Assembly (NCBI GenBank): GCA_965215505.1
Contig: OZ244065.1
Location: 4,000,001-4,064,000, forward strand
Length of the DNA stretch: 64,000 nucleotides
Source: Capsulimonadaceae bacterium
GTDB lineage: Bacteria > Armatimonadota > Armatimonadia > Armatimonadales > Capsulimonadaceae
Reading direction: 5' to 3'
The notes below the pieces were generated by a model. It saw only the letters and a program-made list of their open reading frames with translations. It searched no databases and was not told the origin of the DNA. The first letter of the stretch is position 1; each line of letters starts with the position of its first letter. Position numbers and translations under genes: made by a program. Below, piece after piece: positions 8,627 to 18,691 of the stretch.

Positions 8627-9720
8627 CAGACAACGCGCAAAAAGTGAGAGTCGGCATCGTCGGCGTGTCCGGCTACGGCGGCGGCGAGCTGGCCCGCCTG
8701 CTCCTCGCCCACCCGCAGGTCGCCCTGACCTATGTGACCTCCGGCACCTACGCCGGGAAGCCGTTGCGCGCCGCCCTGCCCGGCATCGCCCCCACAGACC
8801 TGACCTGCGAGGTCTTCGACCCCGCCGCGTGTGCCGACAAGTGCGACCTGGTGTTCCTGGCCGGCGAGGCAGGCCTCGCCATGAAAGTCGCGCCCGGCCT
8901 GCTGGAAGCGGGGAAGAAGATCATTGACCTGAGCGCGGACTTCCGCCTGAAAGACCCCGCCGTCTACAAGGAGTGGTACAAGGCCGAGCATACCGCGCCG
9001 TACCTGCTGGCAGAAGCGGTCTACGGGATGCCGGGAATCACAGGAAAGGACGCGATTGAAAAAGCGCGGCTTGTCGCGAACCCCGGCTGCCATGTGACGG
9101 CGGCAGTTCTGGGACTTGCGCCCCTCCTCGCATCAAATGCCGTTCACTACAACTCTCTTATTGCTGATAGCTATTCCGGTGTTTCGGGTGCAGGCCGCTC
9201 AAAGTTTGGCTTGGACTACCATTTCAGCGAGGTCAACGAGAGTATGCGGCCCTACGGCGTAGGGGGCATTCATCGCCACACTCCCGAAATCGAACAAACG
9301 CTGTCAGATGTGGGCGATTTGAGAGGCGGCCCAATCACGCTGACGTTTACACCACACCTTGCCCCCATCACGCGCGGCATTCTGACGACATCGTATGCAA
9401 CTCTGGCTTCCTCTACTCTGGCTCCCCCAGAATTGGGGGCGGGGGGGGCGGGTCTACAGGCGCTTTATCGCGACTTTTATCAGCACGCACCGTTCGTCAC
9501 CATCCTGGAACCCGGCCAGTTCCCGGCCACCAAGCACGTCTACGGGACCAACTTCTGCCACATCGGCCTGGCCGTGGACAAGCGGACGAACCGGGTCATC
9601 GTCGTGTCGGCGATTGACAATCTGGTCAAAGGCGCGGCAGGGCAGGCGGTCCAGAACATGAACCTGATGTGCGGCTTCGACGAGACAGCGGGGCTGACGA
9701 TGAGCGCGGTGTGGCCGTGA
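8623..9720 (+). CDS. argC: N-acetyl-gamma-glutamyl-phosphate reductase
   Basis: GVSGYGGGEL, IDLSADFRL, ANPGC, SGVSGAGR, DNLVKGAAGQAVQNMN. Confidence 0.97.
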   Translation: MTDNAQKVRVGIVGVSGYGGGELARLLLAHPQVALTYVTSGTYAGKPLRAALPGIAPTDLTCEVFDPAACADKCDLVFLAGEAGLAMKVAPGLLEAGKKIIDLSADFRLKDPAVYKEWYKAEHTAPYLLAEAVYGMPGITGKDAIEKARLVANPGCHVTAAVLGLAPLLASNAVHYNSLIADSYSGVSGAGRSKFGLDYHFSEVNESMRPYGVGGIHRHTPEIEQTLSDVGDLRGGPITLTFTPHLAPITRGILTTSYATLASSTLAPPELGAGGAGLQALYRDFYQHAPFVTILEPGQFPATKHVYGTNFCHIGLAVDKRTNRVIVVSAIDNLVKGAAGQAVQNMNLMCGFDETAGLTMSAVWP

Positions 9721-9721
9721 T

Positions 9722-9898
9722 CCTACCCCCGCCGCAAGCGGCGACCCCTCCCTCAAAGGGAAGGGTGGGTAAATAGAAGCCAGGGCACCACTTTCATAAG
9801 GCAGTACGGTCACGGCAGGCCCAAAGCAAAACCAGCTAAACCCCCTTTCACACCCCCTTCCCTTTGAGGGGAGGGTCGGCGCTTGCGCCGGGGAGAGG
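9722..9898. repeat. long palindromic element, family A variant
   Basis: CCCTCCCTCAAAGGGAAGGG / CCCTTCCCTTTGAGGGGAGGG arms right after the argC stop. Confidence 0.75.
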
Positions 9899-9933
9899 AT
9901 CGGGAAGACATCCCGAGGACAAGAACAGCATTT

Positions 9934-11235
9934 ATGGACACTATCGGCGCAAAAACCATCGGCGGCATGGAAATCATCGGCGGGGGCATCGTCGCCCCCC
10001 AGGGCTTCAGGACGGCGGGCGTCTACTGCGGCGTCAAGCGCAAGCGCAACGACCTTGCCCTCATCGTCTCGGATGTGGACGCCGTGGCGGCGGGCGTCTT
10101 CACCACCAACATCGTCCAGGCCCCCTGCATCGTCAGCAACCAGACGCATTTGCAGGACGGGGTGGCCCGTGCCATCGTCGTCAATTCGGGCAACGCCAAC
10201 GCCTGCAACGGCGAGCAGGGCTGGGCCGATGCTGTGGCGATGGTCAACCATGCCGCCCAGGCACTCGGCCTGCCGCCCCGGCGCGTCCTGTCCGCCAGCA
10301 CCGGCGTCATCGGGACCAAGATGCCCATCGAGAAGATCGCGGCGGGCATCCCCGAGGCGGTCGCGAAGCTGCACGGCGACACTTGTGATGACGCCGCCCA
10401 GGCCATCACGACCACCGACACGTTTCTGAAACAGGTCGCGGTCGAGTTTGAATTGGAAGGCGGCAAGACCGCCCGGCTCGGGGCCATCGCCAAAGGGTCG
10501 GGCATGATCGCCCCCAACATGGCGACCATGCTCGGCTTCCTGACCACTGACGCTGCCATCGAGCAGCCCGTCCTCCAGGAGATGCTGCGCCGGGTCTGCT
10601 GGTACACCTTCAACTCAATCACCGTGGACGGTGACACGAGTACAAACGACATGGTGCTGGCGCTCGCGAACGGCCTGGCCGGCAATGCCCCCATCAATAG
10701 CCTCGAAAGCCCCGACGCCCGCGCGTTTGAAAAGGCCCTGTACAGCGTCTGCCTTTACCTCGCCAAAGAGATCGCCCGCGACGGCGAGGGGGCCACGAAG
10801 CTCGTCGAGGTCATCGTGCAGGGCGTCGCCGTCCCCGACCGGCTGGCCCAGACTTATGCCGCGAACGGCCTGGAACTGACCCCGGAGCAGCGGGCGGGCT
10901 TCCCCCGCGCGGTTGCCAAGACCATCGCGAACTCCCCGCTCGTCAAGACCGCCCTGTTCGGCAACGACCCCAACTGGGGCCGCATCCTCGCCGCCACCGG
11001 CCGGGCGGGCGTCGCCTTCGACCCCGAGCGCGTCGAGATCGCCCTGGCCGGCACGACAGTCTACCGGAACGGGATGCCCACCGACTTCAACGGCTACGTC
11101 GTTTCCGAAGCCATGAAGGCCAAAGAGTTACAGATCCTGGTAGACTTCCACCAGCCCGACGGCGAGACGGCGACCGTCTGGACCTGCGACTTCAGCTACG
11201 ATTATGTCAAGATCAACGCCGAGTACCACACATGA
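9934..11235 (+). CDS. argJ: glutamate N-acetyltransferase / amino-acid acetyltransferase
   Basis: NSGNANAC, STGVIG, KGSGMIAPNMATML autocleavage site, DGDTSTND, DGEGATK. Confidence 0.97.
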   Translation: MDTIGAKTIGGMEIIGGGIVAPQGFRTAGVYCGVKRKRNDLALIVSDVDAVAAGVFTTNIVQAPCIVSNQTHLQDGVARAIVVNSGNANACNGEQGWADAVAMVNHAAQALGLPPRRVLSASTGVIGTKMPIEKIAAGIPEAVAKLHGDTCDDAAQAITTTDTFLKQVAVEFELEGGKTARLGAIAKGSGMIAPNMATMLGFLTTDAAIEQPVLQEMLRRVCWYTFNSITVDGDTSTNDMVLALANGLAGNAPINSLESPDARAFEKALYSVCLYLAKEIARDGEGATKLVEVIVQGVAVPDRLAQTYAANGLELTPEQRAGFPRAVAKTIANSPLVKTALFGNDPNWGRILAATGRAGVAFDPERVEIALAGTTVYRNGMPTDFNGYVVSEAMKAKELQILVDFHQPDGETATVWTCDFSYDYVKINAEYHT

Positions 11236-11456
11236 ATTACCAAGACTACATCACGATCGAACCCGGCAAGCGCGGCGGCAAGCCCTGCCTCCGTGGCCTG
11301 CGGATCACCGTCTATGACGTGCTGGAATACCTCGCGTCCGGCATGACCCAGGCGGAAATTCTGCAAGACTTCCCGGACCTGACGGCGGAAGACATCCGCG
11401 CCTGCCTGGCCTTCGCGGCTGACCGTGAGCGCAAGCTTGTCGCCACAACCTTATGA
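11232..11456 (+). CDS. DUF433 antitoxin
   Basis: GGKPCLRGLRITVYDVLEYLASGMT..EIL.DFPDL. Confidence 0.9.
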   Translation: MNYQDYITIEPGKRGGKPCLRGLRITVYDVLEYLASGMTQAEILQDFPDLTAEDIRACLAFAADRERKLVATTL

Positions 11457-11785
11457 CGCTGCTCTTTGACGAGAACCTGCCGCCGCGCCTTGTCCCGCTG
11501 TTGGCGGACATCTACCCCGGCTCGGTCCATGTCAGGGACGTCGGCTTGCGGAGCGCCGACGATGGCCTCGTCTGGCAGTATGCACAGGACAACGGGCTGG
11601 TCATCGTCTCAAAGGACGCAGACTTTCACCACCGCAGCCTGCTGTTTGGCTTTCCCCCGAAAGTCATCTGGCTGAGGCGCGGCAACTGTTCGACGCGAGA
11701 CATAGAAGAGATGCTCCGCTTCTACCAAACGCAAATCGGGCAGTTCAACGATGATCCGCTGGGGGCATTTCTGGTGCTATCGTAA
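11453..11785 (+). CDS. DUF5615 PIN-like toxin
   Basis: LLFDENLP, VIVSKDADF; paired with DUF433. Confidence 0.88.
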   Translation: MTLLFDENLPPRLVPLLADIYPGSVHVRDVGLRSADDGLVWQYAQDNGLVIVSKDADFHHRSLLFGFPPKVIWLRRGNCSTRDIEEMLRFYQTQIGQFNDDPLGAFLVLS

Positions 11786-11828
11786 TGGGCTGTCTCTGGT
11801 ACAGTTTTGGGCCGAATGGAGTGCGTTG

Positions 11829-12629
11829 ATGTTCGAGAACACCTACCTCGTGACCGAGAAGCTAGCAACCTATTCGGAAGCAGAAGTGGACGCCGCTGAA
11901 GCGCAGCTTGGGACACGGTTTCCAGAGGATTACCGGGACTACATGACGAGGCTTGGCGTGGGCGAATACTGCGGCTATATCAACGTGTTTCCGCCGCAGA
12001 CCCTTGTCAATAATCAACTTGGGGGAAAGCCGCCGCTGGCAGAATTCTGCCAGTCGTGGGACGGCACGGAGTTTGGCCTAAACGCAGAGAGGCTTGCCAA
12101 AGCGAATCTGGTTGCCACCTCCATTGACGGGGATTGGGTTATCTTCGAGACTGGAACCCCGGATGCGGTTTATGTGCTGCCGCGTGATGGACGGGTTGTC
12201 GTTAAAGCCGGTATGACTCTGATGGACGCACTCACATGGCTGTACGAGCCGGAAGGCCGCCCGCGCTTCCGGTACTTTAACTCGGAGATAGACCAGGAGC
12301 ATATGCCGGTTCCGCGCAATCTGGCGCTTTCCTATGAAGATTTGCGTGATTGGGTGTTGGGGTTGCATCGGCATGACCATGTGGAGGAAACCAGCAAACC
12401 CAATGATGCTTCCGGCAGCATGACCCATGTTTTGCTAGCCGGCAGCAAGGTGCAGATTGCCCAACCTAACGAAGAGAAGCATTTGATGGCTTTCTTCGAA
12501 TGCTTCTCCGGCTATGTGATGTGCTACACAGACCTATTCGGGCGGCTCAATCTTATCGCGCACGATCCGACTACGGATGATGGCACACTGCGATGCATCA
12601 GCGAGTTTTTGCGGAGCAAGTCGGCGTAG
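11829..12629 (+). CDS. SMI1/KNR4 (SUKH) domain protein
   Basis: EVDAAEAQLGTRFPEDYRDYM N-terminal motif; lower GC than neighbours. Confidence 0.75.
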   Translation: MFENTYLVTEKLATYSEAEVDAAEAQLGTRFPEDYRDYMTRLGVGEYCGYINVFPPQTLVNNQLGGKPPLAEFCQSWDGTEFGLNAERLAKANLVATSIDGDWVIFETGTPDAVYVLPRDGRVVVKAGMTLMDALTWLYEPEGRPRFRYFNSEIDQEHMPVPRNLALSYEDLRDWVLGLHRHDHVEETSKPNDASGSMTHVLLAGSKVQIAQPNEEKHLMAFFECFSGYVMCYTDLFGRLNLIAHDPTTDDGTLRCISEFLRSKSA

Positions 12630-12651
12630 GCTGCGGGAAGAGTGAATAGCA

Positions 12652-13290
12652 ATGGCGATCCTGGTTGAAGACTCCTATGCCCTCGCGAAGCCGCCGCCAG
12701 GGGAGAAGGTGACGTATGAGCAGTTCTTGGAATGGCTGGACGAGAACACGTTCGGCGAATGGGTGGACGGGGAGGTCGTGCCGATGAGCGCACCGAGCGC
12801 GCAGCATCAAGACATCGTCGGCTTCCTGGGCGCACTGCTGCGCCTGTATGCCGAGCAGCACACGAGCGGAATGGTGCTGGCCGCGCCGTTCCAGATGCGG
12901 CTGTCCCGCATCCGGCGCGGGCGGACGCCGGACCTGATGTTCATCGCCAAGGCGCACCTGACGCAGCTCAAGCCGTCCTTCCTGGATGGCCCCGCCGACT
13001 GCGTGATCGAGGTCGCCTCGCCCGAAAGCGCCCTGGGCGACCGGGGAACGAAGTACGCCGAGTACGAGGCCAGTGGCGTCCGCGAATACTGGGTGCTGGA
13101 CCCCGAGGCGAAGCGGGCCGACTTCTTCGTGCTGGACGCCGAGAAGCGCTACCAGCGGGCCGCGCCGGACGCCGAGGGCCGCTACGAGAGCGCCGCCTTG
13201 CCGGGCTTCTGGATTAACGTCGGCTGGCTCTGGCGTCCCTTCCTGCCGCCGCTGCGGGAGGTGCTGAAGGAGTGGGAGGCGGCGGCGTGA
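12652..13290 (+). CDS. Uma2 family endonuclease
   Basis: EWVDGEV, PDLMF, IEVASP, YEASGVREYWVLDP. Confidence 0.92.
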   Translation: MAILVEDSYALAKPPPGEKVTYEQFLEWLDENTFGEWVDGEVVPMSAPSAQHQDIVGFLGALLRLYAEQHTSGMVLAAPFQMRLSRIRRGRTPDLMFIAKAHLTQLKPSFLDGPADCVIEVASPESALGDRGTKYAEYEASGVREYWVLDPEAKRADFFVLDAEKRYQRAAPDAEGRYESAALPGFWINVGWLWRPFLPPLREVLKEWEAAA

Positions 13291-13904
13291 GCCGGACGAT
13301 AGAACTGCACACGCTCGCGCCACTGGCGGACTACCTTACCTCGTCACCCTGGATAGACTTCGGGCACCCGGATGTTCAAGTGCATCTGGCGGCACATCCG
13401 CGCGGCGACCGGCCTGAGGAGGAAATCATCCGCGATGACTTCGAGTTTGTCCGGGACCAGGTGGCGCACTCCTGGGACATCCAGAGCCGCCGGGTGACGG
13501 GCCGTGCCTCCGAGGTCCTGCGGCACCGGGAAGGCATCTGCTACGCCAAGTCGCACCTGCTGACCGCCCTGCTGCGGGGCCGGGGCGTCCCGGCGGGGCT
13601 GTGCTACCAGCGCTTGACGCTGGGGGACACGCCCGAAAGCGGCCACTGCGTCCATTCCCTCAACACGGTCTGGGTGGCGTCGCGGCGGAGGTGGATTCGG
13701 CTGGACGCGCGTGGCAACAAGGCGGGCGTGGACGCGCAGTTCTCGCTGGATGAAGAGAGGCTGGCGTTCGCCGTGCGCCCCGACTGCGGCGAGGTGGATT
13801 ACGGCACAAACCATGCCGTCCCGCACCCGGCGATCACGCAGGTCTTGGGGGCGCATGAAGACTGCCTGGTGCTGTACGCGCGGGGGCTGCCGACGGGGCT
13901 GTAG
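13287..13904 (+). CDS. transglutaminase-like protein
   Basis: [19 protein letters not shown] (Cys-His-Asp). Confidence 0.88.
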   Translation: MSRTIELHTLAPLADYLTSSPWIDFGHPDVQVHLAAHPRGDRPEEEIIRDDFEFVRDQVAHSWDIQSRRVTGRASEVLRHREGICYAKSHLLTALLRGRGVPAGLCYQRLTLGDTPESGHCVHSLNTVWVASRRRWIRLDARGNKAGVDAQFSLDEERLAFAVRPDCGEVDYGTNHAVPHPAITQVLGAHEDCLVLYARGLPTGL

Positions 13905-13907
13905 GAA

Positions 13908-14043
13908 GCCCCCACCCCCGGCCCCTCCCCCGCAAGCGGGAGAGGGGGGTCAGATTCGGATTCAGGGCGAAGCGGGGATCGTTCGGCTTCCCTCCTTCAT
14001 GCTCCCCTCTCCCGCTTGCGGGGGAGGGGCCGGGGGTGGGGGC
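13908..14043. repeat. long palindromic element, family A
   Basis: perfect 40-bp inverted repeat 13908-13947 / 14004-14043. Confidence 0.9.
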
Positions 14044-14996
14044 GACTGCTCCTCTCGAACAGAAACAAAGGCAGCATCATCGCACTGACGGCGACAACGG
14101 AGCAAAGAGGCGGCGCGGACCGGCTGGGGATCGGGCTGGCCCTGTTGGGGGTGTACCTCGTCTGGGGGTCCACTTATCTCGGCATGAAGATCGGGCTGGA
14201 GGGATTTCCGCCGTTCCTGATGGGTGGTCTTCGCTTTATCCTGGCGGGCGGCGGGCTGATGCTGGCCCTGCGCGGGCGCGGCGAGCCGGCCCCGACGGCG
14301 GCGCAGTGGCGCGGGGCGGCGCTGGTGGGCTGCCTGCTGCTGGGGCTGGGCAATGGCGGGATCATGCTGGCCGAGTACAATGGTGTCACGTCCGGCCTTG
14401 CCGCTCTGGGCGTCGCGACCGTGCCGCTGTGGGCGGCCCTGTTCGCCGGGCTGTGGGGAGAATGGCCTTACAAGCGCGAGTGGCTGGGGATCGCGGTCGG
14501 GTTCGTCGGCATCGTCTGCCTGAATTTGGAAGGCGGCCTGCGGGCCAGCCCATGGGGCGCGCTCGCGCTCATCGTCTCCGCATTAGGCTGGTCCTTCGGG
14601 TCGGTCTGGAGCCGACGGCTGCCCCTGCCTTCGGGCGCGATGGCCCCGGCCGTGCAGATGCTCTGCGGCGGCGTCCTGCTGCTGGGCATCGGGGCGGCGA
14701 CCGGGGAACACCTGCACGGCCTGCCGCCGACACGGCCCCTGCTGGCCTTCGCGTACTTGGTCTTCGGGGCCGTGGCGGGCTACAGTGCTTATGCCTACCT
14801 GCTGGCACACGTCCGGCCCGCCCTGGCGACGAGCTATGCCTATGTGAACCCGATCGTCGCAGTCTTGTTAGGGTCGCTGCTGGCGGGCGAACGGCTCGGC
14901 CTGATGGGGATGGCCGCGCTGCTGTTAATCGTCCTGGGCGTCGGTCTGACCGCCTTCGCCAAGGCGCCGGAGCGCGGGAAGGGGCCACGGACATGA
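14016..14996 (+). CDS. EamA/DMT transporter (YedA-like); start uncertain
   Basis: [21 protein letters not shown]; about 10 TM helices. Confidence 0.88.
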   Translation: MRGRGRGWGRLLLSNRNKGSIIALTATTEQRGGADRLGIGLALLGVYLVWGSTYLGMKIGLEGFPPFLMGGLRFILAGGGLMLALRGRGEPAPTAAQWRGAALVGCLLLGLGNGGIMLAEYNGVTSGLAALGVATVPLWAALFAGLWGEWPYKREWLGIAVGFVGIVCLNLEGGLRASPWGALALIVSALGWSFGSVWSRRLPLPSGAMAPAVQMLCGGVLLLGIGAATGEHLHGLPPTRPLLAFAYLVFGAVAGYSAYAYLLAHVRPALATSYAYVNPIVAVLLGSLLAGERLGLMGMAALLLIVLGVGLTAFAKAPERGKGPRT

Positions 14997-15406
14997 CTCG
15001 TCGGAACGTCAGCACGGGGACGCCCTGGGAGCCGGTCGTCGGCTACTCCCGCGCGGTGCGCGTCGGCAGCGTCGTCCATGTTTCGGGCACGACGGCGACG
15101 GACGCCGGCGGGAATCTTGTTGGCATCGGCGATGCCTACGCCCAGGCGCGGCAGGCACTAGAAAACATCGAGGCCGCCCTGCACGCGGCGGGCGCACGGC
15201 TGGAAGACGTGGTCCGCACACGGGTGTATGTCACGGACATCAGCCGCTGGGAAGAGGTCGGCCGAGCGCACGGCGAGGTCTTCGGGTCCATCCGGCCCGC
15301 CACCAGCATGGTCGAGGTCCGCGCACTGATCGCCCCCGAGATGCTGGTGGAGATCGAGGCCGAGGCGATCGTCATGGACAACGGGGGCGAGCAAGAATTA
15401 GCCTAG
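14993..15406 (+). CDS. RidA family protein
   Basis: [33 protein letters not shown]. Confidence 0.92.
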   Translation: MTRRNVSTGTPWEPVVGYSRAVRVGSVVHVSGTTATDAGGNLVGIGDAYAQARQALENIEAALHAAGARLEDVVRTRVYVTDISRWEEVGRAHGEVFGSIRPATSMVEVRALIAPEMLVEIEAEAIVMDNGGEQELA

Positions 15407-15482
15407 ACGGCGGGGCGCACGCGAGTAGCCCGGTAACGGGGTGCGAGCGCGGGCGCGTACTCTAAAGAGGACTCGGAAGGAT

Positions 15483-15646
15483 GCCACGGGTTGAAACCCG
15501 AGGCACCGAAGTTCCCACTGTCCAGGGGACAGAAGAGTGACACGGTAGTCTTGTCCTTATCTTCGTCCTATCTCGGCTTTATCTCGGCTTTATCTTGCGT
15601 CCCTTGGACGCTGGGCATTTCGGTGCCTCGGGTTTCAACCCGTGGC
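15483..15646. repeat. REP doublet (REPIN-like), TGAA-loop family
   Basis: GCCACGGGTTGAAACCCGAGGCACCGAA and its reverse complement as the arms. Confidence 0.8.
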
Positions 15647-15654
15647 GGAGTCAA

Positions 15655-16299
15655 ATGAAGGACACTGTCTTATTCGACCTGGGCAACACCCTGGTCAGCT
15701 ATTACGACCTGCCGGACTACCCGCCGATCCTGCGGGCCGCTATCGGCGGCGTCGAGGATTATTTCGGAACGGAAGCAGATTGGGCGCGGGTGGCGGCGGA
15801 GGACTTTGAGGCGAAAGACTTCCAGGTTCGGCCCTTGGAAGGCCGTCTGAGACGCATCTTCCCGGACGCCGCCTGGTCCGAGGGGATGGCTGACGAGGCT
15901 TGCCGCCGGTTTATGAGACCGATCTTTGCCCTCGCGCGTCGTTATGACGACGTGCTGCCGACACTAGCCGCATTGCGGGCGCGCGATGTCAAAACGGCCA
16001 TCATTTCCAACACGCCCTGGGGCAGCCCCGCCGCGCTGTGGCGCGAGGAACTGGCGCGGCTGGGTATGGCGGATGTCGTAGACGTCCTCGTGTTCTGCCC
16101 GGACTGCGGCTGGCGCAAGCCCGCCCGACAGATCTTCGACCACACCCTGGCGCGGCTGGGGGCGATGCCGGAGCAGTGCATGTTCGTCGGCGATGACCCG
16201 CGCTGGGACATCGTGGGGCCGCAGGCCGTCGGCATGGAGGCCGTTCTGATTGACCGCCGGACGCAGACGCTGCCGGACGTACTGAAAGGGGTCCTCTGA
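15655..16299 (+). CDS. HAD family hydrolase
   Basis: LFDLGNTL, ISN, KP, FVGD..WD. Confidence 0.9.
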   Translation: MKDTVLFDLGNTLVSYYDLPDYPPILRAAIGGVEDYFGTEADWARVAAEDFEAKDFQVRPLEGRLRRIFPDAAWSEGMADEACRRFMRPIFALARRYDDVLPTLAALRARDVKTAIISNTPWGSPAALWREELARLGMADVVDVLVFCPDCGWRKPARQIFDHTLARLGAMPEQCMFVGDDPRWDIVGPQAVGMEAVLIDRRTQTLPDVLKGVL

Positions 16300-16301
16300 C
16301 C

Positions 16302-17144
16302 ATGACACAAGCGGAAGTTCTCATCCAGGCCCTGCCCTACATCAAGCAGTACGCGGGCAAGACGGTCGTCGTCAAGTACGGCGGCGCGGCGATGCTCGAC
16401 GAGTCGCTCAAGGCCGCCGTCATGCAGGACATCGTCCTGATGCGCTACGTCGGCATCAACCCCATCCTCGTCCACGGCGGTGGGCCGGAGATCAGCGACG
16501 CCATGCACCGCATGGGCAAGGAGCCGCACTTCGTCGGCGGCCTGCGCGTCACCGACGCCGAGACGATGGAGATCGTCGAGATGGTGCTGGCCGGCAAGAC
16601 CAACAAGGGCATCGTCGCGCTGCTGAACCAGCAGGGGGCGCTGGCCGTCGGCGTCTCCGGCAAGGACGCCAACCTGATCGTCGCCGAGCGCGAGACCACC
16701 AAGGGCGACATCGGGTTCGTCGGGCGTGTGACTCAGATCAACCCGGCTTTGCTGCACACCCTGGTCGCGGCGGGCTACATCCCCGTCATCTCCACGGTCG
16801 CCATCGGCAAGGGGGGGGAGAGCTACAACATCAACGCCGACACGGTCGCGGGGGAGCTTGCCGCCGCTTTAGGCGCGGTCAAGCTGGTGATGATGACGGA
16901 TGTCGAGGGCATTTACCAGGACTTCGCCGACAAGGACAGCCTGATCCGCGAGATGTCCGCCAAGGACGCCCGCCAGCTCATCACCGACGGCCATGTGGAT
17001 CGGGGCATGATCCCCAAAGTGGAAGCCTGCGTCATCGCCGCCCAGGGCGGCGTCGAACGCACCACGATCATTGACGGCCGGCTGCCGCATTCGCTGCTGA
17101 TCGAGATGTTCACGCACGAGGGCATCGGGACGATGATTCGGTAG
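16302..17144 (+). CDS. argB: acetylglutamate kinase
   Basis: VVKYGGAAM, VHGGGPEI, GLRVTD, NINAD, GMIPKV. Confidence 0.97.
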   Translation: MTQAEVLIQALPYIKQYAGKTVVVKYGGAAMLDESLKAAVMQDIVLMRYVGINPILVHGGGPEISDAMHRMGKEPHFVGGLRVTDAETMEIVEMVLAGKTNKGIVALLNQQGALAVGVSGKDANLIVAERETTKGDIGFVGRVTQINPALLHTLVAAGYIPVISTVAIGKGGESYNINADTVAGELAAALGAVKLVMMTDVEGIYQDFADKDSLIREMSAKDARQLITDGHVDRGMIPKVEACVIAAQGGVERTTIIDGRLPHSLLIEMFTHEGIGTMIR

Positions 17145-17153
17145 GGAGCGGAA

Positions 17154-17264
17154 CCCCCACCCCCCGCCCCTGCCCCCGCAAGCGGGAGAGGGGAGTCAGA
17201 AAGAGATAGTCCTGACCCTCTCCCGCTTGCGGGGGAGGGTGGCGAGGAACGAGCCGGGTGGGGG
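17154..17264. repeat. long palindromic element, family A
   Basis: CCCCCGCAAGCGGGAGAGGG / CCCTCTCCCGCTTGCGGGGG arms after the argB stop. Confidence 0.85.
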
Positions 17265-17292
17265 CTATCCCCTCCGCCCTGAGAGTGACACC

Positions 17293-18561
17293 ATGACCAC
17301 CACCTACGCGCCCGAAACCACTCACGCGCCTGAAGCATCGTATACCTTGGACCGCGCCACCGGCCACATCTCGCCCGCCGTGGACGACGCCGAGATCAAG
17401 CGCCTGGACGACGGCTACCTGCTCCCCGTCTACGCCCGCCTGCCCGTCACCCTCGTGCGCGGTCAAGGAGTCCACGTCTGGGATGCCGACGGCAAGAAAT
17501 ACTTGGACTTCCTCGCCGGCATCGCCGTCAACGCCCTAGGACATTGCCACCCTAAGATGGTCCGGGCCATCACCGAGCAGGCCCAAACCCTGATCCACAC
17601 GTCGGGGTACTATTACACCGCCCCGGTCGCCAGACTGGCCGAGAAGCTGGTCGGCATCAGCGGCATGGACCGCGTCTTCTTCAGCAATTCGGGGGCGGAG
17701 GCCAATGAGTGCGCCATCAAGATCGCCCGCAAGTACGCCAAGGCCCACGGTGGGCCGGACAAGTACGGCATCGTCACCGCGAAGAAGTCCTTCCACGGGC
17801 GGACCATGGCGACCGTCACGGCGACCGGCCAGCCCAAATACCAGGAGCCGTTTGCGCCGGTCGTGCAGGGATTCACCCATGTCCCCTACAACGACATCGC
17901 CGCGCTTGAAGCCGCCGTGACTGATGACACCTGCGCCGTCCTGCTGGAGCCGATCCAGGGCGAGGGCGGCGTCTACCCGGCCTACAAGACTTACCTTGAA
18001 GCCGCCCGCGCTTTGTGCGACAAGCACCAGGCCTTGCTCATCTTTGATGAGGTCCAGACGGGGGTGGGGCGCACCGGCAAATGGTTTGCCTATGAGCATT
18101 ACGGTGTCGTCCCCGACGTCCTGACCTCCGCCAAGGCTCTAGGAGGCGGCTTCCCCATCGGGGCCTGCCTTGCGCGCGGCGAGGCTGCCTTGACCCTCGT
18201 CCCCGGCGACCACGGCAGCACTTATGGCGGCAACCCGCTGGCCTGCGCCACGGCCCTGGCGGTCTTGGAGACGATTGAGGAGGAGCATCTGCTCGCCAAC
18301 GCTCACGCGATGGGGGCGTACTTCGTCCACCGCCTGAACGAGAAGCGTTTCGCGGGCAAGATCGCCGACATCCGCGCCGTCGGCCTGATGGTCGGCGTCG
18401 AGCTTGCCGCCCCCGACGCCAAGCGCGTCATGACCGAGGCGATGGGGCGGGGCCTGCTGATGAGTGCCATCGGCGACCACGTCCTGCGGTTCGTCCCGCC
18501 GCTCATCATCACGCAGTCCGACGTGGACGAGGCCATAGACGTGCTGGCGGCGGTGGTGTGA
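17293..18561 (+). CDS. argD: acetylornithine aminotransferase
   Basis: YLDFLAGIAVNALGH, NSGAEANE, FHGRT, DEVQTG, AKALGGG. Confidence 0.96.
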   Translation: MTTTYAPETTHAPEASYTLDRATGHISPAVDDAEIKRLDDGYLLPVYARLPVTLVRGQGVHVWDADGKKYLDFLAGIAVNALGHCHPKMVRAITEQAQTLIHTSGYYYTAPVARLAEKLVGISGMDRVFFSNSGAEANECAIKIARKYAKAHGGPDKYGIVTAKKSFHGRTMATVTATGQPKYQEPFAPVVQGFTHVPYNDIAALEAAVTDDTCAVLLEPIQGEGGVYPAYKTYLEAARALCDKHQALLIFDEVQTGVGRTGKWFAYEHYGVVPDVLTSAKALGGGFPIGACLARGEAALTLVPGDHGSTYGGNPLACATALAVLETIEEEHLLANAHAMGAYFVHRLNEKRFAGKIADIRAVGLMVGVELAAPDAKRVMTEAMGRGLLMSAIGDHVLRFVPPLIITQSDVDEAIDVLAAVV

Positions 18562-18673
18562 CCTACCCCCGGCATAAGTGCCGACCCCCCCTGTTAGGGA
18601 AGGGTGAAGAGCAGACAGTACAGAGCATACCCCCACGCTCTTCCTCTTCACCCTCCGTTAACAGGGGAGGGGT
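18562..18673. repeat. long palindromic element, family A variant
   Basis: CCCCTGTTA..GAAGGGTGA / TCACCCTC..TAACAGGGG arms after the argD stop. Confidence 0.65.
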
Positions 18674-18691
18674 CTGAAGGAGCAATCCGTC

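Noticed and set aside
10800-10920. ~20-aa insertion in ArgJ
   Set aside because: normal codon usage, no repeat or intein signature; probably a lineage-specific loop
11232-13290. novel defence system (TA + SUKH + Uma2)
   Set aside because: all are common stand-alone accessory families; nothing links them functionally
14036-15406. 456-aa ORF suggesting an extended RidA
   Set aside because: the N-terminal part is an off-frame overlap with EamA; RidA starts at ATG 14993
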